A stretch of DNA of 63,957 nt, filler included, from Actinomycetota bacterium (GCA_009886115.1; 5 parts of 5 records of this genome joined end to end with filler, not necessarily neighbours in it), one strand, 5' to 3'. Counted from the whole stretch's first letter, positions 51,283 through 61,848 are shown. Made by a program: numbers and translations. The notes: generated by a model from the letters alone, not told the origin.

Positions 51283-52466
51283 AGGGTCTCCTCGGAGCCG
51301 TAGATGCAGTCGGAGGTGGGGGCGACCATGGGGCCGCTGAACACCAGTGACACCTTGGCGTCGGGGACCTGGTTGCACGACTCGCCCCAGACCTGACGCA
51401 CGCCTTCGAGCTGTAATTCCAGGCCGTGCACGTAGCACTCGGCGAGGTTGCCGCCGCTGGTGTTGAAGGGCATCCGTCCCGTCGGGGAGATCAGGTTCTC
51501 GAACGTGCATGCCTCGTTCACGTCGTCGTAGGTGCACAGACCGTGCTCGACGAGGCCCATCACGACCCCGCCGGTGAAGTTCACGTAGCCCTGCACGACG
51601 TCGACGTCGGACGGGGCCACGCCGGCCATCTCGTACAGCCGGGGCACGAGCGTGGTGAACCCGGCCGAGGCGTAGGGCTCGGCGTTGTGGACGGTTGTCC
51701 CTTCCCGGAAACCGTTGCCAGCAGCGGCCCCGAGCAGATAGCACGGTCGTGCCGCATGGCGGAGGTCCTTGGCCCGTTCGGCCGACACGATGACGATCGC
51801 CGCTGCGCCGTCGTTCTCCATGCAGCAGTCGAAGAGGTGGAAGGGCTCGGCGATCCACCGGGAGTTGTCGTAGTCGTCGGGCCCGAGCGGCCGTCCATAC
51901 ATGACGGCCCGGGGGTTCTGCTGGGCGTGGTGGTACGAGGCCAGGGCCAGCGCCTTCTGGGTGGACGGCGACACGCCCCGCTCGTGGAACAGGCGCATCA
52001 CCCGGAGCGCGAACTGCTGCGCGGCACTGGTGAGCCCGTAGGGTGCCGTGAGAGCAGCCGGACCCGAGATCGTCGGGGTTTGGGCTCCGGCGCCGAAGCG
52101 GCGGAACTGACCCTGGGCCAGCGACCGGTACACGACCACGGTCTCGGCCATGCCCGTGGCGATGGCCATGGCGGCGTTGGCCACCGCGGCCGAGCCCATG
52201 GCGCCCCCGCCGCCGAAGACCATGTTCGAGTATCGGAGGCCGTTCACGCCCAGTGCCGCAGCCAAGCGCGTGGGGTCGGAACGCTCGTCGGCGTAGGCCG
52301 AGAACCCGTCGATCTCACGCGGGTCGAGCCCCGCGTCGGTGCAGGCGTTGAGGATCGACTCGCAGCACATCACGAACTCGGGGTCGGGCGAACGCCCCCG
52401 CTTGTAATAGGTGCTCTCACCGGCGCCTGCGACGGCGACGGCTCCTCTCAGCGTGCGCGACCCCAT
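51279..52466 (-). CDS. SCP2/Ltp2-type thiolase-fold protein (probable aldolase)
   Basis: DCCMENDGA, NTSGGNLAECYVHG; no Cys in the usual nucleophile loop (GGGGAMGS). Confidence 0.85.
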   Translation of the reverse strand: MGSRTLRGAVAVAGAGESTYYKRGRSPDPEFVMCCESILNACTDAGLDPREIDGFSAYADERSDPTRLAAALGVNGLRYSNMVFGGGGAMGSAAVANAAMAIATGMAETVVVYRSLAQGQFRRFGAGAQTPTISGPAALTAPYGLTSAAQQFALRVMRLFHERGVSPSTQKALALASYHHAQQNPRAVMYGRPLGPDDYDNSRWIAEPFHLFDCCMENDGAAAIVIVSAERAKDLRHAARPCYLLGAAAGNGFREGTTVHNAEPYASAGFTTLVPRLYEMAGVAPSDVDVVQGYVNFTGGVVMGLVEHGLCTYDDVNEACTFENLISPTGRMPFNTSGGNLAECYVHGLELQLEGVRQVWGESCNQVPDAKVSLVFSGPMVAPTSDCIYGSEETL

Positions 52467-52475
52467 GGCCGGAGG

Positions 52476-53354
52476 CTACCGGCGTGGCGCGCCCACCGCG
52501 TCGAGCAGTGCCCGGTGGCAGACGGGCGAACCGGCCACGATGTCGCCACTCGCCAGCCAGGCCCGCTGATCGCCCGTCCAGTCGGTCACGATCCCGCCGG
52601 CTTCGCGCACGAGCAGCGCGCCGGCGGCAACGTCCCACGGGCCGAGTGCGGCATGGAAGAACCCGTCGAGCGATCCGGCGGCCGTCCAGGCCAGATCGAG
52701 CGAGGCCGAGCCGATCCGGCGCAGGTCCTCGACCTCGGCCAGCACCCGCGCGAGCACCGCCGGCGCTCGTCGGTCGTCGCGACGCCGGGCCCGGGGCAAG
52801 TGCCCGTGCCCGCACACCGCCTCGGCCACCGGACGGGCCGAGACGTGCACGGGCTCGCTGTCGGGATGGCCCGAATGGCCGAGATGGGCGGCATGGTCGA
52901 GACGGTCGAGGTGTGCTCCGGCGCCCTTCACTGCACTGAAGGTGAGTCCCAGCATGGGCGCGTGCACCACGCCGACGACGGGCTCGCCGTCCACCACGAG
53001 CCCCACCGACACGCCCACCATCGGCAGTCCACGCACGAAGTTGGTCGTACCGTCGAGCGGGTCGACCAGCCACGTGGGTCGGGCCCAGGCCTCCCACGAC
53101 CGGGGTCCGCCCCCTTCCTCACCGAGCACCGCCACCTCGGGGGTCTCGGCGGCGAGAACGGCGCGCACGGCCGCCTCCGACGCGAGATCGGCGTCGGTCA
53201 CGTGGTCGCCGGGGGCCTTGGAGCGGACGGCGAGCTTTTCGAGCGCATGGAAGTGGCGGGTCACCTCGACGCCGCCGGCCTTCGCAGCCCGGATCGCCAC
53301 CGTCCGCAGCCGGGCCAGGGCCGCCTCCGAGAGCGCGGGTCGACCGGCGGTCAC
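52476..53354 (-). CDS. Inositol monophosphatase-family protein
   Basis: VTDAD, GEE, WLVDPLDGTTNF, WDVAAG. Confidence 0.9.
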   Translation of the reverse strand: MTAGRPALSEAALARLRTVAIRAAKAGGVEVTRHFHALEKLAVRSKAPGDHVTDADLASEAAVRAVLAAETPEVAVLGEEGGGPRSWEAWARPTWLVDPLDGTTNFVRGLPMVGVSVGLVVDGEPVVGVVHAPMLGLTFSAVKGAGAHLDRLDHAAHLGHSGHPDSEPVHVSARPVAEAVCGHGHLPRARRRDDRRAPAVLARVLAEVEDLRRIGSASLDLAWTAAGSLDGFFHAALGPWDVAAGALLVREAGGIVTDWTGDQRAWLASGDIVAGSPVCHRALLDAVGAPRR

Positions 53355-53414
53355 GTCGGTCCGGGAACAGTCACGTCGGACACGTCGTACACGTCGTACA
53401 CGTCGGGTGCGGCC

Positions 53415-55034
53415 TCAGCCGTCGCAGCCACCGCCACCGCCCAGGGCCTCGCCGATGTCGAGTCGGGCCACCACGGTGACGGGACCCGGATCGAACGCGT
53501 GGACCGTCGTCCAACCCCCGGGTGACGCTTCGAGGCACGCCGTGCCGTCGTCGGCGACGCCGAAGTGGTCGGAGTAGCGCACCCGCACGAGCATCGACCC
53601 GGGCTGCTCGACATCGAGCGTGAAGCTGTCGACGGTGAGGTCGGTGATCACGGCCGGCCCGTCGACGAGCGAGATGCCGCCGAGCACCTCGTAGACCGTC
53701 CACTCGGTCGAATCGAAGACCCGCTGGAGGTAGGGCAGGCCCTGGCGGATGAGGTTGGCCTCGTGGAGACCAGCATCGTCGAACGCCCCGTCGGGCAGAT
53801 GGGGCACGGCCACGAACCGCACCCGATTCTCGCTCAACCAGGCTCCGTAGCTGATGAAGTTGAGCTGGTCCTCGCCATAGAAGATCTCGTTGTGCTTCTC
53901 GTCGAGCTGGCGTTCCCAGCCCCGGGCGATCGGGAACTCGTCGGCGATGTAGGCCGCCTCCCAGTGGTTCGCCAGCGCCGGGACCTCGACGCGGAACGGC
54001 TCACCCTGAGCCCATTCCGTGCGCAGGAACCCGAGGACGGGCTCGAAGTACGACTCGTTCACCGAGGCGTCGGACCGGAGCTTGAGCAGGTCGCGCACCG
54101 GTGCCTGCCACTGCCACACGAGCATCGGGACGGCCAGCAACGCGACGGCGAGACGGCGATGCTGACCCACAGCGGCGACCACGATCGGACCGGCCACGAG
54201 CGTGCCCAACCGGATCGAGTTCATCCCCATGGCCGAGGGCACGAGGAAGGCCCCGGCGCAGGCCAGCGCGTAGAGCCACAGACCCAGGCGGACGACCCGC
54301 TCGTCGCTCGGGAGCAACCACGCGCACAACGGCATCAGCCCCATAGCAGGCAGGAAGGCCCACCACGGGAAGGGGAACACGCCACCCTCGGGGAACAGGG
54401 CCTGGGTCAAGGCGATGGCCGCGAGCGGAGCGACCACCATCGCGAGGCCGATGCGGCGGGTCGCCCGCTCGCGCCGGAAGGCGATGACGACGGCCACCCC
54501 GGACAAGGCGATGAACGCCCCGGCGACCGGGCTGGCCAGGACCGTGAGCGCTCCGAGCACGGCGGTGAGCACGGGACGGCGCCGGACCGCGGCCCAAGCA
54601 GCGGTCATCCCGACCGCGACACCGAGCGCGAACGTGAGCCGTCCGGAGAGGAGGTTGAGGGCCATCCCCACGGTGAACCACGAGGTCGCCAACCAGGCCC
54701 GGCCCCAGCGCTCCTGCACCAGTCGAGCGAAGACAAGGGTCGCCACCACGAGCGACGCGGCGCCCACGAGCCGCGCGTCGGTGAGGGCGGCCAGGGGCGG
54801 GAACAGCAGGGAGTAGGCGGGCGTGTGGTGGCCGCCGTACCAGAAGTTGTCCCAGGTAGCAAAGCCGGCCCGCTCGAAGAGCTCCGTGCGGAAGACCTGC
54901 GCGGCGAGGTCGCCGGTGGGGACGGGCTCGAGCACGTAGAGCAACGCGAGCAGGACGGCCGGGCCCAGGACGACCAGGTCGTTGCGGCGCCGGCTGGGCG
55001 CCGTGGTGGCGGTGACGCTGTAGTTGGCACTCAT
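53415..55034 (-). CDS. Polytopic membrane protein, possibly GT-C-like
   Basis: DLAAQ, WDNFWYGGHH, SGRLTF, ARGWERQLD; many TM segments plus a C-terminal soluble domain. Confidence 0.7.
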   Translation of the reverse strand: MSANYSVTATTAPSRRRNDLVVLGPAVLLALLYVLEPVPTGDLAAQVFRTELFERAGFATWDNFWYGGHHTPAYSLLFPPLAALTDARLVGAASLVVATLVFARLVQERWGRAWLATSWFTVGMALNLLSGRLTFALGVAVGMTAAWAAVRRRPVLTAVLGALTVLASPVAGAFIALSGVAVVIAFRRERATRRIGLAMVVAPLAAIALTQALFPEGGVFPFPWWAFLPAMGLMPLCAWLLPSDERVVRLGLWLYALACAGAFLVPSAMGMNSIRLGTLVAGPIVVAAVGQHRRLAVALLAVPMLVWQWQAPVRDLLKLRSDASVNESYFEPVLGFLRTEWAQGEPFRVEVPALANHWEAAYIADEFPIARGWERQLDEKHNEIFYGEDQLNFISYGAWLSENRVRFVAVPHLPDGAFDDAGLHEANLIRQGLPYLQRVFDSTEWTVYEVLGGISLVDGPAVITDLTVDSFTLDVEQPGSMLVRVRYSDHFGVADDGTACLEASPGGWTTVHAFDPGPVTVVARLDIGEALGGGGGCDG

Positions 55035-55292
55035 GGCGAGGTCTCGCTCATGGTCACGTCCGTATCAACAGCTTTCCGATTTCGCGCCATCTCCCCCTGT
55101 CACCCTAGGGCATCGCAAGCCCGTCAGTGGACTCTTTTCACGGTGACGTCGGGCACGCAAGATCGCGCACCCATGGGGACCCAGGGCTCGTCCCGGCCGA
55201 TGCCATCGCCGGACGCGCGATGATGCCCGGGAGCGTGGCGCGTGGCGCGCGCCGCCTGTTCCGTCGGTTCCGATACTGGCCTGGAGATCTTC

Positions 55293-56486
55293 GTGAGCAC
55301 TGCCGAAACCCGCGTGATCGACCTCCTCGACGGCAACTTCTACGTCGACGATCCGTACACCACCTACGCCTGGATGCGAGCGCACGCTCCGGCCTACTGG
55401 GACGCGACCAACGAGCTGTGGGGCATCTCCCGCTACGACGACGTGCTCGAGATCGAAAAGCGCAAGGACGTGTTCATCAGCTCCGACACGACCAAGGGCG
55501 GGTACCGCCCGAACCTGCCGGCCGACCCCGCGATGATCGGCATCGACGACCCGCTGCACGCTCGCCGGCGGAACCTCGTCTCGCGCCGTTTCACGCCCCG
55601 GGCCGTGAGCCAGTGGGAAGGCCACGTGCGGTCGGTCGTGACGGCCCTCCTCGATGCTGTGGAGGCCAAGGGCGGCGAGGCCGAGATCATCGAGGAGCTG
55701 TCGGCGCCGTTGCCCGCCATGATGATCGGCAGGCTCCTGGGCTTCCCCGACGAGCGTTGGCCCGACCTCAAGCGCTGGTCTGAGACCACCATCGCCTTGG
55801 GCGGCGGGCCGCGGTACTTCAACGACGAGGGCTTCGCGGCGGCGATCGAGTTCGCCACGGCGAGCGTCGAGCTGTACCACGAGCGCAAGGCGTGCCCGGT
55901 CGACGACGTGATGTCGGTGTGGACCCAGGCCACGATCGACGGTCAACCACTTGACGAGCACACGGTCGCGGCCGACTGCCTGCTCGTTCTCGACGGCGGC
56001 GCCGAGACGACGCGCACGGTCATCGGGCGCACGATCTTGAACCTGATCTCACACCCCGAGCAGTGGGCGGCGCTCAAGGCCGGTGCCGATCTCACGGTGG
56101 CGATCGAGGAGTTCATCCGCTACGTGACGCCCATCCACAACATGTGCCGGGTCGCCAACCGGCCCTTCGACATCGGCGGGCAGACGATCGAGACCGGTCA
56201 GCAGGTCGTGCTCATGTACTCGTCGGCCAACCGCGACGAGGCCCACTTCGTCGATGGGGAGCTCTTCGACGTGACCAGGAACCCCAACAACCACTTGTCG
56301 TTCGGGTTCGGGACGCACTTCTGCCTCGGCGCCGCGCTGGCCCGGCTGGAGATCAAGGTGTTCTTCGAGGAGCTCCTCCGCCGGGTGGGCTCGATGCGGC
56401 TCGTGCCGGGCACCGGGATCGTCGAGATGCCGAACGCCTTCGTGTACGGCCTCGCCTCGGCGCAGGTCGCCTTCGATTTCTCGTAG
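55293..56486 (+). CDS. Cytochrome P450, CYP142-like
   Basis: DLLDGNFY, MIGIDDP.H..RR, GGAETTR, EEFIR, FGFGTHFCLG; resembles mycobacterial CYP142 (from recall). Confidence 0.9.
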   Translation: MSTAETRVIDLLDGNFYVDDPYTTYAWMRAHAPAYWDATNELWGISRYDDVLEIEKRKDVFISSDTTKGGYRPNLPADPAMIGIDDPLHARRRNLVSRRFTPRAVSQWEGHVRSVVTALLDAVEAKGGEAEIIEELSAPLPAMMIGRLLGFPDERWPDLKRWSETTIALGGGPRYFNDEGFAAAIEFATASVELYHERKACPVDDVMSVWTQATIDGQPLDEHTVAADCLLVLDGGAETTRTVIGRTILNLISHPEQWAALKAGADLTVAIEEFIRYVTPIHNMCRVANRPFDIGGQTIETGQQVVLMYSSANRDEAHFVDGELFDVTRNPNNHLSFGFGTHFCLGAALARLEIKVFFEELLRRVGSMRLVPGTGIVEMPNAFVYGLASAQVAFDFS

Positions 56487-56545
56487 GGCGACCCCGGGGC
56501 CACCCAGGATATGCTGCCGACCGTGGCGATGGTCCAGCCCCACCC

Positions 56546-56592
56546 TTCTGTGTGCAAAGTTCGTCGCGTGGCGACGATTTCTGCACACAGAA
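56546..56592. repeat. 47-bp palindromic element, family B
   Basis: TTCTGTGTGCA...TGCACACAGAA. Confidence 0.85.
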
Positions 56593-56608
56593 CGCGAGGG
56601 TTGCTGTC

Positions 56609-58870
56609 GTGCTGATCGTGGCCCACCGGGCCTGCCATCCGGTTCACGGGGGCCGCAGACGCCGTCGGACGGTGGGGATGGCGGTGTTGTGCGCCATAGC
56701 CTCGGCCACGCTCGTCGTGACCTCGGGGCCCGTCGTGGCGGCGCCCGCCGACCGTGTATCGGTGGCGGCGGCGGCCAGCCCGACGGTGACCGGTCCGATC
56801 ACCGGCGGCAACTGGGGGGTTCCGCAGAACGCTTCGTCGTTCGATCTGGCCCCGCACGGGTTCACGGAGGTGGAGTACTTCCTCGAGGGGACGGCCAACG
56901 CGTACACCTCCGCCACGGCGCTGACCACCGACGGCGCATGGTCGGTCACTCCGACGACACCGGCTGCGTACAAGACCCGGATCCTCGTCCGCAAGCCGTC
57001 GGCTGCCACCTTCAACGGCACGGTCCTCGTCGAGTGGATGAACGTCAGCGGCGGCCTCGACTCGGGACCGGACGCGACCTACGTACGTGATCTGATCCTC
57101 CGGGCCGGTTACGCCTGGGTCGGCGTCTCGGCCCAGATCGTCGGCGTCAACGGCTTCCCGGCCGGGAACATCCTCGGCAACGCCAGTGCCCTCAAGAACT
57201 GGGACCCGGTGCGCTACGCGTCGCTCGTGCATCCCGGCGACAGCTACTCGTACGACATGTTCTCCCAAGCCGGTCAGGCGATGCGCACGCCGGTCGGCGT
57301 CAACCCGCTGGCCGGTCTGACGGTGAACAAGGTGATCGCCGTCGGCGAGTCGCAGTCGGCCAGCCGGCTCGTCACCTACCTGAACGCCGTCCACCCGCTC
57401 GTGAAGGTGTTCGACGGGTATCTGATCCACAGCCGCGGTCGCAGCGGTGGTCCTCTCTCTCAAAGCCCGCTGCCGGCGCTCGCGGCCCCGTCGGGGCTGA
57501 CGATCCGCACCGACGTCGGCGTTCCCGTGCTCGTGCTCCAGGCCGAGACCGACGTGCCCAACACGGTGGCGGCCCGCCAGCCCGACACCTCGACCTACCG
57601 TCTCTGGGAGGTCGCCGGTTCCTCCCACGCCGACGAGTACCTGCTCTCCAAGTCGATCGTCGACAGCGTGCGCCTGTCGCCCGGGCCTTCCTCGGCGATC
57701 AGCTCGTGTGGGAACCGTTCCAACACGCTCCTGTTCCACAACGTGGCGATCGCGGCATTCGCCCATCTCGACGCCTGGGTGAAGAACGGAACGCTCCCGC
57801 CGCCCGCTCCTCGAATCGACATCGTGGCCGGCACCACCAACACCATCGCTCGCGACGCCGACGGCAACGCAACGGGCGGTATCCGCACACCCCAACTCGA
57901 CGTGCCCATCGCCACCCTGACCGGCGCCGCCGGGGCCGGGTCGGTCTTTTGCTCGCTGTTCGGTCAGACGATCCCCTTCAGCCCGGCCACGCTGGCCGCG
58001 AGATACCCGACGCGGTCGGCCTACATCACGGCATTCAATACGGCGACCGATCGGGCGGTCACCGCCGGCCACATCCTCGCTGTCGACGCCGCCGTGCTGA
58101 AGACCAGGGTCCTTCAGGACGTCTTCAATCTCGGCAACGCGGCCTTCCACGGCTCGACCGGTTCAACCGATCTCAACAGCGACCCCATCGGAATCGCCTC
58201 GACCCCCACGGGCAACGGCTACTGGGAGGTCGGAGCCGACGGCGGCGTGTTCGGCTACGGCGACGCAGTGTTCCGGGGCTCCACGGGGGCGCTCCGCCTG
58301 AACGCACCCGTGGTCGGGATGGCCGCGGATCCGTTGGGACGGGGCTACTGGACGGTCGCGGCCGACGGGGGCGTGTTCGCCTTCGGCGCCCCGTTCTTCG
58401 GCTCGGCCGGCGCGTTGACGTTGAACGAGCCCATCGTGGGCATGGCACCGACCGTGACCGGAAAGGGCTACTGGCTCGTCGCTCGTGACGGAGGCGTGTT
58501 CGCCTATGGCGATGCCGTGTTCGCGGGCTCGACCGGGGCCATCCGTCTCAACTCGCCCGTCGTCGCCATGGCCGCCGATCCCGACGGGGCCGGGTACTGG
58601 CTCCTCGCCGGAGACGGGGGCGTGTTCGCCTTCGGTGCCCGGAACCTCAACCCCCCGTATCTGCTGCCGGCACTTGACGACTTTGCCGTGGCCATCGCTC
58701 CGTCGCCAACCGGGCTCGGCTACTGGATCGCCTGGCGGGGCGGTCGGGTCCACCACTTCGGCGACGCTGCGAACCTGGGTGACGCCGCATCGAACGGACG
58801 CGACATCGTCGGAATCGCCACCAACCCGAGCGGAAAGGGGTTCTGGCTGGCGGTGAAGCCCGCCGTCTGA
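56609..58870 (+). CDS. Secreted alpha/beta-hydrolase with C-terminal GYWxVAxDGGVF beta-repeat domain
   Basis: Signal peptide; VLVEWMNVSGG, GESQSA nucleophile elbow, EVAGSSH; about 6 G(Y/F)W repeats. Start uncertain. Confidence 0.8.
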   Translation: MLIVAHRACHPVHGGRRRRRTVGMAVLCAIASATLVVTSGPVVAAPADRVSVAAAASPTVTGPITGGNWGVPQNASSFDLAPHGFTEVEYFLEGTANAYTSATALTTDGAWSVTPTTPAAYKTRILVRKPSAATFNGTVLVEWMNVSGGLDSGPDATYVRDLILRAGYAWVGVSAQIVGVNGFPAGNILGNASALKNWDPVRYASLVHPGDSYSYDMFSQAGQAMRTPVGVNPLAGLTVNKVIAVGESQSASRLVTYLNAVHPLVKVFDGYLIHSRGRSGGPLSQSPLPALAAPSGLTIRTDVGVPVLVLQAETDVPNTVAARQPDTSTYRLWEVAGSSHADEYLLSKSIVDSVRLSPGPSSAISSCGNRSNTLLFHNVAIAAFAHLDAWVKNGTLPPPAPRIDIVAGTTNTIARDADGNATGGIRTPQLDVPIATLTGAAGAGSVFCSLFGQTIPFSPATLAARYPTRSAYITAFNTATDRAVTAGHILAVDAAVLKTRVLQDVFNLGNAAFHGSTGSTDLNSDPIGIASTPTGNGYWEVGADGGVFGYGDAVFRGSTGALRLNAPVVGMAADPLGRGYWTVAADGGVFAFGAPFFGSAGALTLNEPIVGMAPTVTGKGYWLVARDGGVFAYGDAVFAGSTGAIRLNSPVVAMAADPDGAGYWLLAGDGGVFAFGARNLNPPYLLPALDDFAVAIAPSPTGLGYWIAWRGGRVHHFGDAANLGDAASNGRDIVGIATNPSGKGFWLAVKPAV

Positions 58871-58925
58871 GCCCCGCTGTCTGATTTCACCCGTTCTGTG
58901 TGCAGAATGCGCCGCCAGGCGACGC

Positions 58926-59025
58926 NNNNNNNNNNNNNNNNNNNNNNNNNNNNNNNNNNNNNNNNNNNNTTAATTAATTAANNNNNNNNNNNNNNNNNNN
59001 NNNNNNNNNNNNNNNNNNNNNNNNN
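58926..59025. other. Artificial contig spacer
   Basis: N run with TTAATTAATTAA. Confidence 0.99.
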
Positions 59026-59226
59026 ACCGCCGCTGTGCTCCTCGCCGCCGCCGCAACCCACGCCGACCTGCTCGGCATCGCCGGCTACCCCATCGCGAAC
59101 GCCTGCCGCAGCCTTGCCCAAACCGCCGTCGACGCCCACCCCGGCGACCTCACCACCGCCCGACAACGCGGCGAGAACATGACCGTCGACGAGCTCTGCG
59201 ACTACGCCCTTGCCACCCTCACCTGA
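59026..59226 (+). CDS. C-terminus of a probable cyclase/ATPase/TPR regulator, cut by contig start
   Basis: AAVLLAAA...ARQRGENMTVDELCDYAL resembles the tail of such proteins. Confidence 0.55.
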   Translation, partial: TAAVLLAAAATHADLLGIAGYPIANACRSLAQTAVDAHPGDLTTARQRGENMTVDELCDYALATLT

Positions 59227-59306
59227 GGTGAGCGATCCGAGGAAGCGAGGCGGTCAGCTCCGGCTACGCCGAAGTCGAATCGCCATGCCCCATAACATGA
59301 GGGCCC

Positions 59307-60650
59307 TCAGGTTTCCGCTATCGGCTGGCGCGACCACTCGTCGAACAGGGTGCGCGCCTCGGCCCACTGGTCGTCGGGGAACAGGTGCAGGCGGCGCAGC
59401 CTGCCGTCGGCGGCGTGGTCGCCGACGAGGACGTACGACCACTCCCACTCCCCATCGTCCGCGGTGTGGCCGGTGTTCCGGCCGCTGGCGAGGCTGCAAC
59501 GCCCCGAGCGGTAGATCTTGGAGAAGACGTTCGTGTTGACCGGGCTGACCTCGCGCATCGTTCGATGCCACTCGAGCATTCCCTCGCGGCCGAGGGTCCC
59601 GTAGCCCATCGGGCGGTGGTCGGTGGAGACGAGGTCGGGAGTGGTCAGCTCGTTGAGGCCCTCCCAGTCGCCCTGCGAGAAGGTGGTCTGGATCGCGGCG
59701 AGCACCGGTCGGCGTCGGTGTACGCGTCGCCCTCGATCAGACGGTGACGTTCCTCAAGCTCTGCGAGCGCGGCCGGTAGGTCGGTCTCGTCGAACTCCAC
59801 GTACCTGCTGGCAAGACCGGCTTCGTCCAGCTCCAACAACGTGAGGCTGACGCCGAGGAAGCCGTTCGGCGCGGTGAAGGTAGTAAGGGCGAGGCCGAGG
59901 CGATGACCGCGGACCGCGAGCGGCTCGATCTGCTGCAAACCGAAGAACTCGTTCAAACCTTCTGCCGCCCGCTGCATCTCGGCCTGGCCGTGCATTGGCG
60001 GGAGCGAGATGAGCTGCCGACGGTCGATCATCTCGATGTCGTCCGTGGTCATCTCGACGAGCCGCCCGGGTTCCCCGTTCGACATCAGCCACCCGCCGCG
60101 ACGAGCGACGCCGATGGCCCGGTTGTCGACGTGCGGGGTGCGCGGGTCCGCGCTCGCGAGCTCCTCGAAGCGGGCGCGGGCCGCGGCCTCGTCCTCGATA
60201 TCGAAGATCTCCATGCGCATGATCAGGCCGGCGACGCTCTGCGACACGCTCCAGGTCGGCCACGAGAAGTGGCTGCCATCGGCCGAATGCCCAGACGTCT
60301 CGACCATGAGCAGGGCGACACCGCCGCGTACCTCGAGCGTGCGCAACACGTGCGCCACGTCGGGCACCTGCTCGGTGTGCAGCCGGTTCGACTCGAGGAG
60401 GCTGGCCCGGTCGTGCAACGGCCAGCCGAGCGTGCGATGGCTGACCACCACCAGATCGGTCGACAACAGCGACTCGAACGCTGTCCAGTCCCGCCGTACG
60501 TGGGACCGGAAGTCGTCGCCCAGCCGCCGCACATGGTCGGCGTGAGTGGCGCCCTCGCCGGCGCAATATCGTCGTGCACATTCTTCCCCTGCCCTGTCCA
60601 CCGTCGGATCACGCGCATCTCCTCGCCGGTCGCGCGGCGTCCTGACGACG
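59307..60650 (-). pseudogene. SnoaL/NTF2-repeat protein fragment with frameshift near 59706
   Basis: Repeated RDW...(S/D)HR, LAVRG and FD.ED..AA.ARFEEL units split between two frames; no clear start. Confidence 0.7.
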
Positions 60651-60706
60651 ACCCGTCAACGCGTCGCTTCGCGGCCTTCGTCGCGCAGCCGGGGCGACGC
60701 CGGCGG

Positions 60707-61102
60707 TCAGGGCTTGCGGGCCGAGACGATCCAGGTTGCGGACTGGTAGCAGACCCCGTGCTCGGTGGTGTGCTCGGCGATCGTCGTGCGCAGGGACGCG
60801 AGGGCAGCGTCACGGCGGGCGTCGTCGAGGCCTTCGCGCATCCATTCGGTGAGACCGCTGACGAAGTCGAACGCGTCGTCGGGGTCGGGGCCGAAGCTCA
60901 TCGGCTCGTGAAGGCCTTGGAAGGAGATGTTGGTGAAGCCGGCGATGCTGAGGATGGCTCTCACGCGATCGGGGTCGGCGAGCGCGAACGGGCTGGGGGC
61001 TTCGGGGGGTGGTGTCGGGAGGTCACGGCCGACGGCCATCGCGGTGCGGAACTCGGTGAGCCACTCGTTGTCGTTGATGCCCTGCCAGGTGAGGAGCGTG
61101 AG
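60707..61102 (-). pseudogene. Class I methyltransferase C-terminal fragment
   Basis: LTWQ...NEW...PSPFALADPDRVRAIL..AGF...WIVSAR; SAM-binding N-terminus absent. Confidence 0.75.
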
Positions 61103-61606
61103 AAGCTCTACGAGGAGCCGAAGAAGCTCGTCGCCCACGGGCTGGCCCGGGCGTCATCGGAGATGGTGGGCCAGCGCCGCCGCACCGTCTACACCATCAC
61201 CGCCGAGGGGCGGCGGGCCCTGGCCGGGTGGGTTCCCACCCCGGGGGCAGGCCCCGTCGTCGAGTTCGAGCAGCTGATCAAGGTGTTCTTCGCCGAGCAC
61301 GGGACCAAGGCCGATCTGCTCGCGACGCTCGCCGACGTGCGCGCATGGAGCGTCGAGCGCCTGGCCGCCGGTGCCGCCGTCCCGCAGGCCTACCTCGACG
61401 GGTTGGGTCCGTTCCCGGAGCGCCTGCCGTGGCTCGTCCTCGTCGGGCAGTTCCTGGTCGAGTTCCATCTCATGGTCGAGCACTGGGCCGACTGGGCCAG
61501 CGAGATCGTCATCGAATGGCCTGACGACGTCGCGGCCGCGCAGCCTGACCGGGAGGCGCTCGAGATGCAGGCGACCATCGCCAGGGACCACGCCCGAGAC
61601 TCCTGA
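61103..61606 (+). pseudogene. PadR-family regulator lacking its N-terminus
   Basis: KLYEEPKKLVAHGL...RTVYTITAEGRRAL..W; begins mid winged-helix. Confidence 0.8.
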
Positions 61607-61848
61607 CGCACCACAGGGGGAGACTCGACGAATCCCCGGGACGGTCCAGGTGGTTGACGTTCAATCCGAGGGTCGGGGACCGAGGAGGTCCGCGCCCCCA
61701 ACGCGGCCCGCCGCGACGAAGTCCACGGCCAGAGCCTGCACCGAGGCGATTCGCCTCGCGTCATCCATGGCCCCGTCCCTCACCCGTCAGGCCCACCCAG
61801 GAGTACCGGCGGGTTCGCCTTCCGACAATGGACCCAGCCCGCGAAGAA

